Shown: positions 38,538 to 52,925 of the stretch, one piece after another
How the letters are laid out: every line of letters starts with the position of its first letter
How positions within the stretch are numbered: the first letter of the stretch is position 1
Translations under genes and position numbers: made by a program
Notes under the pieces: model-generated
Database searches by the model: none
The model's input: the letters and a program-made list of their open reading frames with translations, nothing else
Told to the model about the DNA's origin: nothing
Assembly (NCBI RefSeq): GCF_001194135.2
Contig: NC_068987.1
Coordinates: 14,016,325 to 14,080,324 of the forward strand
Reading direction: 5' to 3'
Length of the DNA: 64,000 bases
Source of the DNA: Octopus bimaculoides
Taxonomy: Eukaryota

Positions 38538-39859
38538 TATACAGAACAGGCTTCTTTCAGTTTCCATCTACTAAATTTACTCAAAAGACTTTGGGTGGCC
38601 CCCAGAGCTAGACACTTGTTCATGGTACTACACAGTGGAACTTAACCCAGAACCATGTGGGTCGGAGGAAAACTCACCACACTGCCCTGTCTATAAATGG
38701 CACCCTATTTTTTTTTTTTTTTGTCAGTTCAGTTAAAATCAAGTACAAAATAGTACAATTTATATATGAGTAAATATGATAGTTATACTAACCATTAACA
38801 TTTATAAAGAAGGAAAAGAGACTATGTGATACTGAAATATATGTAAATATATATATATATATATATGAGTGGCATATAGAGGTTATTGTCAAACAAAGTG
38901 GAATCGCACCATGTAAGCAATGACAATAACCAGTTATTTGTCAAATAGGGTGTGTACTGTGACTGCAATAAAACTATTTTGGCAAAAATATTACATACTG
39001 AAAAAAGAAAAAAAACTAACTTTGTTGTAATAAATTTGAAGACAAAATAATTTAGATCATGATACTGTAAGATCGGATTTGTTACCACACCCAAAATAAA
39101 TGCCCTCTTTTATATATATACATACACACACACATATACATGCATACATTAAGTAAAACATCACTAGAATGACCCTGATCTATTTGTAGCCCACAATGTC
39201 ATGATCCAATTCGTCATAAAAGAGTGAGAAAGTGACGTCAACACAAATGGATTCTTGACATGTGATGGAAAGTTAATTCAGTCTGAAAGTTTGAATTCTC
39301 AGCTACCTAAGTCCATCTCTTATTGTAGTATAGTTATTTCATGGATACAACACATAAAATAGGGGTGGGTGGGATATAAATGATTGAATCCAACACTGCT
39401 GCTACTTATTATATTGATCCCCAAAGTCAGGATCTAGCAAATCCAAATAGTGAAGCACATATATTTTCCAGAACTCCACTGTCCTATTACACCATACTGT
39501 ATCTTTTTTTCGCCTTTTTACTGGTTTCAGTCATTGGATTGCGACCATACTGGAGCACTGCCTTGAAGGATTTCTTTTTTTAGTCAAATGACTTGGCCCC
39601 AGTACTTATTTTTTAAAGCCTGGTACTTATTCTTGAAGAATTTTTAGTGGAATGAACCAATCCCAATGCTTTTTTTTTTCTTTAAGCCTGGTACTTATTT
39701 CATCAATCACTTTCACTAAGTTACAGGGATGTAAACACTCCAACACCAGTTGTCAAGCAGTAGTGGGGAACAAACACACACACACACATATATATAGTGT
39801 ATCAACAACATATATATATAAAGAAACTTATATTTGCTTCTTTTTTAGAAGCACTGAAT

Positions 39860-40200
39860 GTGTATCATATTATACAGACAAAGAAAGTAATATTTTGAAT
39901 GCAGTACCACTGTGAAAACAGCAGAAAAATTGGGTATTATTACCTTTGCAAGATGGAAAAAAAGTTGTCAACAAACAGCCATGGGACATGAACCTGCATC
40001 TATTAAGAGACCAGCTGAGTATTTTACCATTAAGCTAAACTGCTTGCTGACTAGTGTCAACAAACAGCCATGGAACTGTGACTGTTTGTTGACAACTTTT
40101 TCTGTTTTGCAAGGGTAATAAATACCCAATTTTTCTGCTGTTTTCATGGCAATATTGCATTCAAAATATTACTTTCTTGGTTGTAGAATATAATATACAC
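39860..40200. mobile_element. Foldback element with ~120-bp inverted arms, inserted into a family A SINE
   Basis: 39860-39980 is the reverse complement of 40080-40200 (shared aagaaagtaatattttgaatgca, gaaaacagcagaaaaattgggtatt, aaaagttgtcaacaaacag). Confidence 0.88.
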
Positions 40201-40614
40201 ATGATGGGCTTCTTTCAGTTTTCATCTACCAAATCCACTCACACTTGCAGTGAGGCTTTTCTGTTGTCATTTTTAAAATATTTCATTTGATATACAAGAT
40301 ATTCTCAGTTTAATGGTAATCAATATATATTATTATTATGAGTTTATTTGCAGATAGTCAAACTAGCTCAGAAGGATCAGATGGCAGAATTGTTAGGGTG
40401 ATAGATAAGGTGCGTAGTGGCATTTCTTCCAGCTTTTTACACTCTAAATTCAACCCCTGCTGAGGTCAGCTTTATCTTTCATCCTTTCTGGATCAATAAA
40501 ATAAGTACAAGTTGAGCACTGGTGGGAAACTGATGTGATTAACTCCCACCTCTAAAACTGCTGGCTTTGTACTAAGATCAGAAACAAAATTAGAGCTCTC
40601 TCTCCCTCGCGCGC

Positions 40615-40657
<43 letters not shown>

Positions 40658-41077
40658 TGTGTGTGTGTGTGTGTGTGCGTGTGTGTGCGTGCGTGTGCGT
40701 GTGTGTGCTTTTAACATTTTAAATGTTGGATACTTTTTGCCTCTTAACTGCACGAGCAATCTCAGTGACTCAAAATTTTCAATTCATTGTACTACATACA
40801 TGGACCCCTACCATATTTGCAATTATGCAGGATGCTTCTCCGAGATATTATTCTACAGTCATATCTATAGAACAAGAGCATGGTGCTAATTACAGAGAAA
40901 TTATTCTTTATTTCACCAAAGTTCAAATATGGTTGCAGCATTAACAAATGCAATTCCAGAAAACATGTAGGTTACAAGCAAAATTATACCAAAACTAAAC
41001 CAGCGATACAATATCCCAATCAATCACTACTGAGTACTATTTCTTCTCCTCTCACTACTACTACTGCTACATATGAA

Positions 41078-41120
<43 letters not shown>

Positions 41121-42281
41121 GACAATGGTATTTCTTTATCATTAATTTTCACTTGTTAAGTAACATTCCAGCAATCCTCTCTTACTAAGTTCCCAAATTT
41201 GAAGTGGCGTCAGATGACACAAATTTACTTTCATGTTGCTGTTGATGTTTGGCTTATGCAAAAAAAAAAAAAAAATATTAAAAAAATTCCCATTAGATCA
41301 TTGTTGTTGTTTTCTCTTTCAACCCGACCAAATTGCATTCAAGGAGGGTTATTCCACAACAGTTTAAGGATTGACCCAGAAACACAATTAATTGATCTTC
41401 TGGCTTCCTCTATATCCCATCCTGTTACATCTAGCTAGCTATTAGCTATTAATCAACCAATCTGTACTTACTATAGAATATATAGATATATTAATCAATG
41501 TTAAGTATAGACAAATATACAACACCTTGTCAATATTGTTTGTGGTCAGAAGAAAGAGGGATCAGCAGGAATAGTTTTGATCCTGTGTTGGTATTTCATT
41601 GACAACTAAGTAACAGTCCATGGAAATACATGCACTGCCTATAGAAACAGCATTATTCAAGGTCTGAAGTATACCACATAATACATTATGCATTCTTGGT
41701 GGCTTGATCAGTCTTGTACTAACTCTGCTTGTTCTTGCATTACTTAACCCATCCGTGACGCTTCCGTGTGATTAGTTGAAGGGGGATGGGAGGGATGGAA
41801 GGGGTGGAGGTAGATGGAATGGATGATGGTGGGAGGGAAGGGGAGAGGTGGTGGTGAGTGAAATGTGATTTTTTTTTTGAAAGAAGTTTTTTCCCTCCAC
41901 TACTTAGCCTGTCTGTAATGCTTTCATGTGATTAATTGAAGGGAAAGGAGAAAAGCAAAAGAAAAAGGAGAGAGAAAAAAAAAGGTAAGGTGAAAAGTGA
42001 GAGTGCTTCAAGTCTATAAAATTATGCATAAAGTTTATAGCAAAAAAAAAAAAAAAGAGAGAGAGAGAGGCTGCACGTATAACACATAACTTAGAAGCAG
42101 TGCTACAGGTGTACCAACACACATGACATTGAGACATAGTCGACCTCACACACTTCTCATGAAGGAATTCCGGAAGGAGCTTCGTGAGACCACTACTGAG
42201 ACACTTCCGGGAAAAAAAAAAGAAAAGTACTGGAAAAGCCGTTAGTAAACAGTTTATAGCAGGGTCACCTCCATCTAAGAA

Positions 42282-42316
42282 GATCTGAAGAGGGAATTGT
42301 ATTCCGAAGTATCATC
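42282..42316 (+). ncRNA. Minimal type I hammerhead ribozyme-like motif, second family
   Basis: GAT, CTGAAGA, G, GGAAT-TGT-ATTCC, GAAG, TATC, ATC. Stems I and II pair. A15.1 is G here. Confidence 0.55.
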
Positions 42317-43124
42317 GGACTATATATAACTAAATTACAACAAGTATATAGTCCATTTTTTGTTCTATAGTGTATTGTTGTACCATTCAAAACTTTTTAT
42401 TCTTTACAAACAATACACAATGTTTCAAGCGAACTACAATACTCTCCTATGCATAAAGTATTTAAACTGTGTATATAATAAGTGCATTAAGTAATCATTG
42501 TATTCCAATTTCCTTCACTTTTCAGTGATTAGCAGATGAGTGACTCTCTTTTGATACAGACAACACAAACTACATTTTCTGGTTTCTTGGATAAAGTTTT
42601 GAGAAATAAACCAATAAGTTTACCATTAATTCTGTGAAATATTCACGGGTTCCACTAGTTAAAAATTATTGGAGCATTAAGTGTTTTGTTGCAGTGTTAC
42701 ACTATACTATATTTTTTATCTTTTACTTGTTTCAGTCGCTAGACTACAGCCATGCTGGGGCACCACTTTGAAGGGTTTTAGCCAAAAAGAATCGATCCAG
42801 TATTTTTTTTTTTTAAAGTTTGGTACATTTTCTATCAGCCTTTTTTTTTCAACCCACTAAATTACAAGGACATAAACAAACCAACACTGATTGCCAAGCA
42901 ACAGGGATGAGTGACAAATAAACACACAGCAGATGTCCACAGTTTTCATTGATTGAATTTACATGCAAGGCATCAGTTTGCCTGGGGCTATTGTAGAAGA
43001 CACTTGCATGAAGTGCCGGGTAGTAGGATCAAACCCCAAACCATGAGGTTGCAAAGCAAGCTTCTTAGCCACACAGCCATGCCTGTGCCCATCTACTGAT
43101 TTTTAGCCAACACAGTATGTGTTA

Positions 43125-43355
43125 TTTCTTTACTACCCACAAGGGGCTACACACAGAGGGGACAAACAAAGACAGACAAACGGATTAAGTTGATTATATC
43201 GACCCCAGTGCGTAACTGGTACTTATTTAATCGACCCCAAAAGGATGAAAGGCAAAGTCGACCTCGGCGGAATTTGAACTAAGAACGTAGCGGCAGACGA
43301 AATACTGCTAAGCATTTCGCCCGGCGTGCTAACGTTTCTGCCAGCTCGCCGCCCT
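43125..43355 (-). mobile_element. Young SINE family B
   Basis: Closely matches 24034-24266. gtatgtgt flanks both sides. Confidence 0.85.
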
Positions 43356-44308
43356 TGTATGTGTGTCTTTGTATACAATACCTTCATGGACAGATAAAGA
43401 AACATCAGTGGACTAGTTCCAATCCTAAATTGGGATTTCATTAGCACCCGAGACTTATATTTATGGATATATTCTGTAGCACAGTCAAACATTAGAAACA
43501 AACTCTTTTAACACAACAGTTACTTATTCATTGAGTACAGCATACGTCTACTGTTCCTTTGAAGAAAGATTCCTCTTGTTCCCAGTAGAGGTAATTAAAC
43601 TTGACCCGTTTCAACCCAGTTTTAATTATGGCTGCTATGCTTTCAGACATCTCCCTTCATGTGTGATTAAATAACCTAGGCAACAAAAAAAAGTATCAAC
43701 AGATTCAAAAGAGCATTCCAAAGCATTAAAAGGAAGTTTATAGTGTTCTGGTGACTAATACAAAGTCTTTATGTCAGCCTGCCAGTGATCTCAGTACACC
43801 TCTTGTGTACCCAGAGCTCATACATCATCTAGAGTTCCTACCTACTGAAGAACAGTAATTTTCCCCCCAATGACAGCAGAGTCTGGTCTTTTTCCTTACT
43901 TACTAAGTCTTTGGTCTGCATTATATTAAGACATGGGAACTAAATGTGGAGGATGCACAAAAGTTGGAGAGAGAAGACACAAACATACTCTGCAGGATGT
44001 AACATTTTAGTGTACATGAATGATGTGATGCAAATGGGTTGAGAGATAAATTCGATTTATTCAAGGAGTCAAATTTGGTGCACAACAATGAAAACTGTAT
44101 TGGTACAGACATGTGTGTATGCATGAAAACAAATGGGTTAAGAACCTGAAGATCCAAGTGCAAGGAAACTGTGAAAAAGAAAACACAAGCAGAAATGGTG
44201 AACCTCACATGAGAGATTAGAAAGGAATGCTACACATGACAAGATATGTTGAAAAGTCCATCCAACACATGCAAGCATGGAAAAGTGAACAAAAAGTAAT
44301 GATGGTGT

Positions 44309-44351
<43 letters not shown>

Positions 44352-44359
44352 AGTAGTGG

Positions 44360-45415
44360 GGATGGATGCTCTGAGAATGTAGCTGCTAGAATAAGAATAG
44401 TTCAGAGAGTTCTTACCTCTGCTGGGCCTCTCGCTCAGAGTGAAAGGTAGACTGTATGATGCATGTGTGCGAACAGCCATGCTACACAGAAGTGAAACAG
44501 GGGCCGTGACTGCTGAGGACATGTGTTAGCTTGCAAGAAATGAAGCTAGTATGCTCTGCTGGATGTGTAATGTCAGTGTGCATACATGATAGAGTGTAAG
44601 TACCCTGAGAGAAAAGTTGGATGTAGGAAGCATCAGGTGTGGTGTGCAAGAGAGACAACTGTGCTGGTATGGTCATGTGTTGCATATAGATGAGGACAGC
44701 TGTGTGAAAAAGTGTCACACCTTAGCAGTAGAGGGAACCTGTGGAAGAGATAGACCCAGGAAGACCTGGGATGAGGTGGTGAAGCACGACCTTCGAACGT
44801 TGGGCCTCAGGGAGGCGATGATGAGTGACCAAGACCTTTGGAGATATGCTGTGCTTGAGAAAACCCGGCAAGCCAAGCAAGGCCATAACCATGGCCTATG
44901 CCAGTGTAGCATAACCGTCCCATTTAAGAGTACCCTTCAATCACTGGGCAATAAACTGTGCTTGAGAAGACCTGTTGAGTCAAGTGAAATCATTGTCGTG
45001 GCTGATGCCAGTACTGTCTGACTGGCACCCATGCTGGTGGCACATAAAAAGCACCATTTAAGCATAGCTAATGCCTAACTGGTCCTATGCTGGTGGCATG
45101 TAAAAAAAGCACCATTTGAGTGTGGCCGTTGCCAGTGCCACCTGACTGGCTCTTGTGCTGGTGGCATGTAAAAAGCACCATTCAAGCATGGTCGATACCA
45201 GTACTGCCTGACTGGCCCTCATGCTGGTGGTACATAAATAGCACCTACTACACTCACAGCGTGGCTGGCATGAGGAAGGGCATCCAGCTGTAGAAACCTT
45301 GCCAGATCAAACTGGAGCCTGGTACAGCCTTCTGGCTTGCCAGTCCTCAGTCAAACAGTCCAACCCATGCCAGCATGGAAAGCGAACATTAATCGATGAT
45401 GATGATGATGATGAT
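44360..45415 (+). mobile_element. 3' end of RTE-type LINE with tandem-repeat 3' UTR and (GAT)n tail
   Basis: KGRLYDACVRTAML..SET..SMLCWMCN..LCWYGHV..G.CGRDRPRKTWDEVVKHDL, then four ~62-bp units (ctgactggc..tgctggtggca..aaaagcacc) and the shared tail. Confidence 0.85.
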
Positions 45416-46051
45416 ATATATATATATATATTTTAAAGAATATTGTTGTGTAAAGCTGGAACAATGTGAGAATGTGTGTGTGTGTGTGTGTGTATAAAAT
45501 CATTATTGCCCTCAATCCTATTCCTCTCCTTGGTCATCTGAGCAAATGTACATAACCTTTTTTGTGCTACAGACTGGTTTCAAACAAAACTATTGTATTA
45601 GGTCAGCACTTGCACAAGGTGCTTTGCAATAAGAGACCAAACCCCAAATTACAAGTTTGCAAAGTAAACTAGTAAATCATAGAATCCTACACACACATAC
45701 ACACACACACACATAGGGGGTGGAGAGAAAGACTGTAAAAAGAATGAGAAAGACATGCAGCACCAACTTTCATATAAAATCCATTAGTTTACAATTCTCT
45801 TTTCTTTCCTTTGTTCAGTTTCATTTCAATTTTAATTCTGACGACACTAAAATCCAACAGAAGAAAAGAAAAAAAAAAACAACCACACCTTTATCTATAT
45901 ATCTATGGGTTTTTGTTACATAAACTTTGTCTCTGGATTTAATAGGAGTTACTAAAAGTTAAAACTCAAAAATTAGTTAAAGGAAAGTGTTAGTGTGTGT
46001 GAGGGAGAGAGAGGGGAGAGAGGGAGAGAGAGAGAGAGGGGGAGAGATGGA

Positions 46052-46096
<45 letters not shown>

Positions 46097-49000
46097 TGGA
46101 AGATTTAGGTGTAAGAAACAGGATTGTTGTTGTTTGGCCCAAGGTGAAACCTGATCAAGCAGCTCAATGATCAAATACATTTCAGCAAATGACCATTCTG
46201 TCTTTCTTCCAACATAACTGCCTTTATTATAATAATAATTATTAGTAGTTTTCTATTTGAAACTACAGTCTACAGTGTAGTTCGAGACTGATTTAGCTGC
46301 TACATCTAGCAGGTCAAGTGACCATGTAGAGGCTTTCTTGTTGTTAAAAGGAGGATCAGTGCACAGCTGGAACAGCATGCTTCTCAAATATGAATGTTGC
46401 AAATTTAGGGAGGAAAAGAATAAGAAATTTTTTACTTAAAATATTTTGGCAAAGAATGCCAGTTCTTCTTACATATCACTCTTTACAGTTCTCATCTTTT
46501 AAATTTATTGTACAAAACTGTTCAGCCAATTTGTAATTTTGTCTAATTAGTCACTTTTTTCTGTATTTAATGTAGTAAATTAGCCAAATTCTACTTAAAT
46601 AAGTATAGTGTTGTTTGTAAACAATAATAAAATATGTTTTAATATTCAAATTTTAATTTTAGCTGCAATATTTTAAGTAAAAAATTTCTTATTCTTTACT
46701 TTACTAGAAGTAATAGCTTGTCCTATACTTTTACAGGTGTAATAATTTGTCCTGTACTTTTCCAGGTTTATAATCTTAAGAATATGACTTTTCATGCTTG
46801 CATTTTTCCATGTAATCCATGATTTTTTCAGGCATTGCGGTTATAAGATAATTAATAAGGTGTCAATAAATTAAGATTTTACCTTATAAAATACTGAAGG
46901 ATAATATTTCAATTTTTTTCATGTTTAATTTAAATATATGTTGTGATTGAATTATTTGATATTACCCATCCATACCAAATTAAGGGAAGGGATTTTTACT
47001 ATGCTGTTGGTTGCACCATGGCTCACCAAAAGTTACAAACAACAAGACTACAAAACTATCAATTTTGCAATATTAGGTCACAGGAAATCATTCAAGGAAA
47101 AAAAAATTTCCAATGCTTCCGGGATTGGGCGTGTGATTTCGGTTGGGGGATACTTTGGCTGCTAGTTTTAGCATGTTGAGCAACAAGGTAGAGGCTCTTT
47201 CATTGGTTCGATTGCATGATGAGATTTTTTTTTACACATACATGTAATATGTATATATATCATAAGCAGAAGTTAGGGAGTAAGTCAAAAGCTGAGAGTT
47301 TCGTGTATTGGCACTTATCAAACATGAATTTGTCCATTGTTACTACGTAACTTCTGACGAAATAACTTCTAAAATACAAAATTTTCTCTAAAACGTTAAG
47401 AGTAAACCCTGTTCTATGTGACACATTCTACCAGTATCAGATGTTTGAAAGTGTTTAGTTAAAAAAAACTGGGCTGTTAATCAACAAGCCCAGTCAAGAT
47501 GGTATTTTCTTCTTCTCCTACTCTTGTTTTTGCACACATCTTCAAAATGACTTTCTAAAATGAAATTCCATTATGCAGCTGAGGAGTACATTTTCATTGC
47601 ACATCTTATGTGGTGTTCTCACGACATAAATAAATGAAGTTTGTACAAAACGTACATACTGCTATAACCTATTGAATTTTTGTTGCTTTTCTTCAAATTT
47701 TATTCACCAAATCTCTTGATTTTGTTTTTGGTTTTTACCCTACCAAATTCTGGTGCCTCAAACATTTTAAGTACCACATTTAATCTATATTATTATTACA
47801 AATGTACATACATATATATTAAAAAAATACCTTTTAAGGTGAAAATTATAAATACACACATGTATACATATGCATGTATAAATATATATTTATGTATGCA
47901 TGTATATATGTGACATAATAGTTTCACTTTTGACACGTAATACTGAATTAGTGTAAGAGATAAGAGATTGCTCCTGGCTTGCATTAGGCAAGAAGTTGAA
48001 AATTTTTTTGGCCCATGACAATGCAAGGTATGTGGAAAATTTGAATGAAATAGGTTGGGTACTTCTCAAGTTTTAGGAATTCACACAGACACACACACAT
48101 TCTCAGTTTTATATATTAAGATATATAAATGACTGTGTGTAAGTGCATTATATATAGCTCCTAAAAAAGGACATGCGTATCGTGAAAATCAGCAAGCATG
48201 ACTGAATTTCCAAATTTCCAATAAAAATAAAGCAAGCATGGCTGAATTTCTGAAGTTTAGAATGAAGAGCTGATATTTATAAGAATAATACACAGTGTGT
48301 GTGTGTTTATTTTTGTCCATACAATGAAAATCATATCCTGTTCCCCCAGGGCATACCGACACAAGTGCCACCCTGACTGTTTCCTCATATTTTTAAAGGA
48401 AAAATGGATATTTGTTAATGAAATGTTCTACAAATATCTCTCAGATGGTGTAGATAACGATTATATCGGAATTTAGCGTGTGGGTAGGTGGGGAGAATTG
48501 GTGAAAAGTATTTGTAGAAATTTCTTACGAAAATTCCATGTTTTTTCTTAAAGTTATGAGGAAATAAAATCCAATTCATGTGAATTATCCGAGACGCCTC
48601 TTCACCATCTCAATATTCCACAAATTCCAATGTAATCTGAATCATTTGCTAAGTATTCATAGGAAATTTTATTAACGTAATGAGAAATCAAAGTCGGTAG
48701 GGGCACAATTATGTAGGTATGACCTGAAACAGTAGACAGATGATCAAAAGGCGTTCCAGCCATGGACAATCCCTCTTTTTTGTTTTGGAGGTGTATGTAG
48801 GAGTACATTACTCAATGTGTTGTGCCTTTCTTTCTTTAAAACAGTAGTAATTTGAAGACTCGGCTGCTATTTCTAGCATGTCAAGCGACTATGTAGGTTA
48901 GATAGCCTCTAGTTATGTAAATAAGGTGGCGCGTTATCTTATTCATAGACACAGCACTCAAAAATTATTTGCTATTATTGTTTTGTGTTGACAACGCTTA

Positions 49001-50369
49001 TGGAAAATGTTTCCATGAAAGAGAAATGGTCCGTCTTGGAAATATCTACCGATTCGTTGAATAAAAAAAAAACTCTTGAGATTATTGGACACATAAAATG
49101 AAATTGTTCGAAATTTACGTAATGTTTGCATTATTATATGTATGTGTATGACAATATGTGTGTGCGTGTGTGAGTTTTTGTGTATGTTATACACACACAC
49201 ACACCAATACTAACGTTTTATTTATTTATATAATTTGTTTATGTATTAGAAGCCAAACGCCGAATTAAATCGAAGGGTTGAAACGGAACTTAGTAAGCCA
49301 ATCGTTATTTCGAATAATAAATCCTTGTTCATACAAACACACTTAGGATATATGTCTATATAATTTATTAATATGTTTGCTTACAAGTTTATTAATCGGA
49401 GTGTTCTGGGTACAACGTAACCTGCTTTCGTTGTCAAACTTTAAGATAGTAATAATTTTCACGGCCGCGGGATAATTTTTTTTTCTCAACGCTGTGCTCC
49501 GACCGGGTAATTATTATTTTTTTTGTTGTACTTTACTTTTTTTTTTTTTTAGATGAACGGTTGGTAGAGGAGATGGGTCCTTAACTCCTGATGGAATAGG
49601 AGGGGCGCCGTAGCGATATATGGGCATGGGTCCGGGAACAGGGGCTGCAGGCGGTGCAAGTGCACCTCCTAAAATATTTTGGGGTGCAAAATCAAAATTT
49701 CTCGGGTTTAGAAAACTGCGTAAGAAGTGATCTGTTGTAAGTAACTTGAAGTTAGGTTTCTTCTCAAAGAACAAGGAACAAAAATTAATTTATGAAAAAT
49801 AAAATCTTGTTTGCAAAAAAATTTTGGANNNNNNNNNNNNNNNNNNNNNNNNNNNNNNNNNNNNNNNNNNNNNNNNNNNNNNNNNNNNNNNNNNNNNNNN
49901 NNNNNNNNNNNNNNNNNNNNNNNNNNNNNNNNNNNNNNNNNNNNNNNNNNNNNNNNNNNNNNNNNNNNNNNNNNNNNNNNNNNNNNNNNNNNNNNNNNNN
50001 NNNNNNNNNNNNNNNNNNNNNNNNNNNNNNNNNNNNNNNNNNNNNNNNNNNNNNNNNNNNNNNNNNNNNNNNNNNNNNNNNNNNNNNNNNNNNNNNNNNN
50101 NNNNNNNNNNNNNNNNNNNNNNNNNNNNNNNNNNNNNNNNNNNNNNNNNNNNNNNNNNNNNNNNNNNNNNNNNNNNNNNNNNNNNNNNNNNNNNNNNNNN
50201 NNNNNNNNNNNNNNNNNNNNNNNNNNNNNNNNGGGAAATTATTGAATTCATATTTTTATGAGTTCATCTGCACCAAAAATACCTTCCACAAAGACCTATG
50301 ACAAACAGGCCGACTTGCAGCAGCACGTTCTTTTACGCGACCATCAAATTTATATTGGTTTCAAATTTT

Positions 50370-50725
50370 AGCACAAGGCCAGACATTTGGGGGGGGGGGA
50401 ACAATGGTATCCCCCCCCCCCACCTCAATTGGTACTTATTTTATCGACCCCGAAAAGATGAAAGAGAGGGAAGTCGACCTCGGCGGAATTTTAACTCAGA
50501 ACGTAAGGACGGACGAAATGTCGGTAAGCATTTTGTTCGACGAGCTAACGATTCTGCCAACTTGCCGCCTTCCACCAATCTAATACTGTTTTCAAATTTG
50601 GGCACAGAGCCAGCAACTTCAGGGGAGGAGGGAAGTCAGTTACATCGACCCTAGTGCTCAACTGGTACTTATTTTATCGACCTCGAAAGGAAGAAAGGCA
50701 AAATCGACCTCGGTGGAATCTGTAC
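50370..50725 (-). mobile_element. Two adjacent SINE family B pieces
   Basis: The ttttggcacaaggccag / tggtacttattttatcgacc..gaaag..gtcgacctcgg block occurs twice. Confidence 0.8.
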
Positions 50726-51004
50726 CCAGTCACCAAACTAATATTATGTGGTGTAATCTGAAAGTTTCCAGACTATATGCTGTCATTGTATCTACTTGTG
50801 CTCATATAGCTTTGTAACGTTGTTAGTACGGGTTTGGGGTCTTTTTGGTTTGACGGGCAACACTTGTTTCCTTAACGAAACACTTTCAAACTTGGGATAC
50901 TGGTAGAATGTGTCATATAAAACATCTTTTCCTCTTAGCCTTCTTAACAAAAATTACTTCTTAATAAGTTATTTCATGTTAAGATCCGGGTTTGCGACTT
51001 ACAC

Positions 51005-51382
51005 GATGACTGGACAAATTGGAGCAATGTGCTTGCATCAAAATTTTCCATGAAGTTCAAAATATTTCATCAAGCTTTTGGAGAAAATTCTTTAGGGCCA
51101 ACACGAGTTTTTAAGTGGCGTACGTTTACAAGGCGGGTCGAGTGTAGTAGGCTCAAAACAACGGGCTCCATCCAATCACTTTGCAAAACGTCTTGAAAAC
51201 GCCCGAAAATATCGTGAACGCATCCACGAGAATTTCACTGGACAATCCACGCAAAAGGAATCAGCTATGACACTTACCAGAAGATTCTCACAGAAAACCT
51301 AAACATGGTCTACGTTGCTGCAAAGTTTTTGACCAAGAAATGGTGGTTCTCTCACAACTTCCATCCTCGCCTGACTTATCCC
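51005..51382 (+). mobile_element. Internally deleted mariner transposase remnant
   Basis: With frameshifts: LEQCACIK, QAFGENSLGPTRVFKW, ILTENLNMVYVAAKF (mariner WVPR region) and PSSPDLS (YSPDL motif). Confidence 0.75.
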
Positions 51383-51667
51383 TGTATATGTGTATGTAGG
51401 CCGTAGGCAAGGCTGTGTGGTTAAGAAGTTTGCTTCTGAACTGCTTGATTTTGAGTTCAGTTCCATTGTATGTCACTTGGGCAAGTGTTTTCTACTATAG
51501 CCCTTGGCCAATAAAGACAACTTGTTGGGAGGAGTTTAATCAACTGAATCGATCCGAGGTCATGACTGGTATTATTTCAACGAAACCAGGGAATAAACGA
51601 AATAAAGGTAAGGCCATCACCAGCAGAAGCTGAAATCAGAACGTTTGGGGACATACGTAGAAAAATC

Positions 51668-52894
51668 GGTCAATATACAGTTTAATCTCCGGTCAGGAAA
51701 AAAAAAAAAAAAACCCAGCCACTAGGTGTAAAAAAATGTGTAGAAAACGGATATGAAAACAAAAATTTGCACAAGCGAAAGTGAGAGGACTTTCGGAAAA
51801 TTCACACGATCCGATTTTTCCCCTCATAACTTTCAGGAAAATGGATATCTTTTAATGAACTTTTACGGAAACACCTTTCAAACAGCATTGACCACGATTA
51901 TAAAGAAATTTGTGGGGGAAAATGTTTTCCGAATGGGTGNNNNNNNNNNNNNNNNNNNNNNNNNNNNNNNNNNNNNNNNNNNNNNNNNNNNNNNNNNNNN
52001 NNNNNNNNNNNNNNNNNNNNNNNNNNNNNNNNNNNNNNNNNNNNNNNNNNNNNNNNNNNNNNNNNNNNNNNNNNNNNNNNNNNNNNNNNNNNNNNNNNNN
52101 NNNNNNNNNNNNNNNNNNNNNNNNNNNNNNNNNNNNNNNNNNNNNNNNNNNNNNNNNNNNNNNNNNNNNNNNNNNNNNNNNNNNNNNNNNNNNNNNNNNN
52201 NNNNNNNNNNNNNNNNNNNNNNNNNNNNNNNNNNNNNNNNNNNNNNNNNNNNNNNNNNNNNNNNNNNNNNNNNNNNNNNNNNNNNNNNNNNNNNNNNNNN
52301 NNNNNNNNNNNNNNNNNNNNNNNNNNNNNNNNNNNNNNNNNNNNNNNNNNNNNNNNNNNNNNNNNNNNNNNNNNNNNNNNNNNNNNNNNNNNNNNNNNNN
52401 NNNNNNNNNNNNNNNNNNNNNNNNNNNNNNNNNNNNNNNNNNNNNNNNNNNNNNNNNNNNNNNNNNNNNNNNNNNNNNNNNNNNNNNNNNNCCACCATCC
52501 GGTCGTTTGCATAAATTTTTTGTTTTCGTATTCGTCTTGTACACGTTTTTGTACACCTATTATAGTTTTTTAATTTTTTTTTACGTTTTGTTGACCGGGC
52601 GCTAAACTAGATTCTAAAAGTTATGAGGGAAAAAAACGGATCGTGTGAACTTTCCGACAGTCCTCTCCCTACCCCTTCGGAAAACATTTTCCCCATAAAT
52701 TTCTTTAAAATCGTAATTTGTGCCATTTGAACCGTATTTCTATAGTGGCCTGTGTGTTTTCTGTACTCGTTTATCATTTTGTCTACGCTTTGTTTGCAAT
52801 GTCCTGTACCCAGATATGCATCTATATATACAGGTAGATGTAGGTATGTACATACATGTACGTATATATGCGTATACTCACTTATTATTTGTAT

Positions 52895-52925
<31 letters not shown>

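Noticed and set aside
45012-45250. CRISPR-like repeat array
   Set aside because: Units are degenerate, have no unique spacers and lie in a LINE 3' UTR in eukaryotic DNA.
49625-49720. GC-rich island as an exon or promoter
   Set aside because: Looks like a DNA-transposon terminus next to a gap. The other end is not visible, so it was left uncalled.
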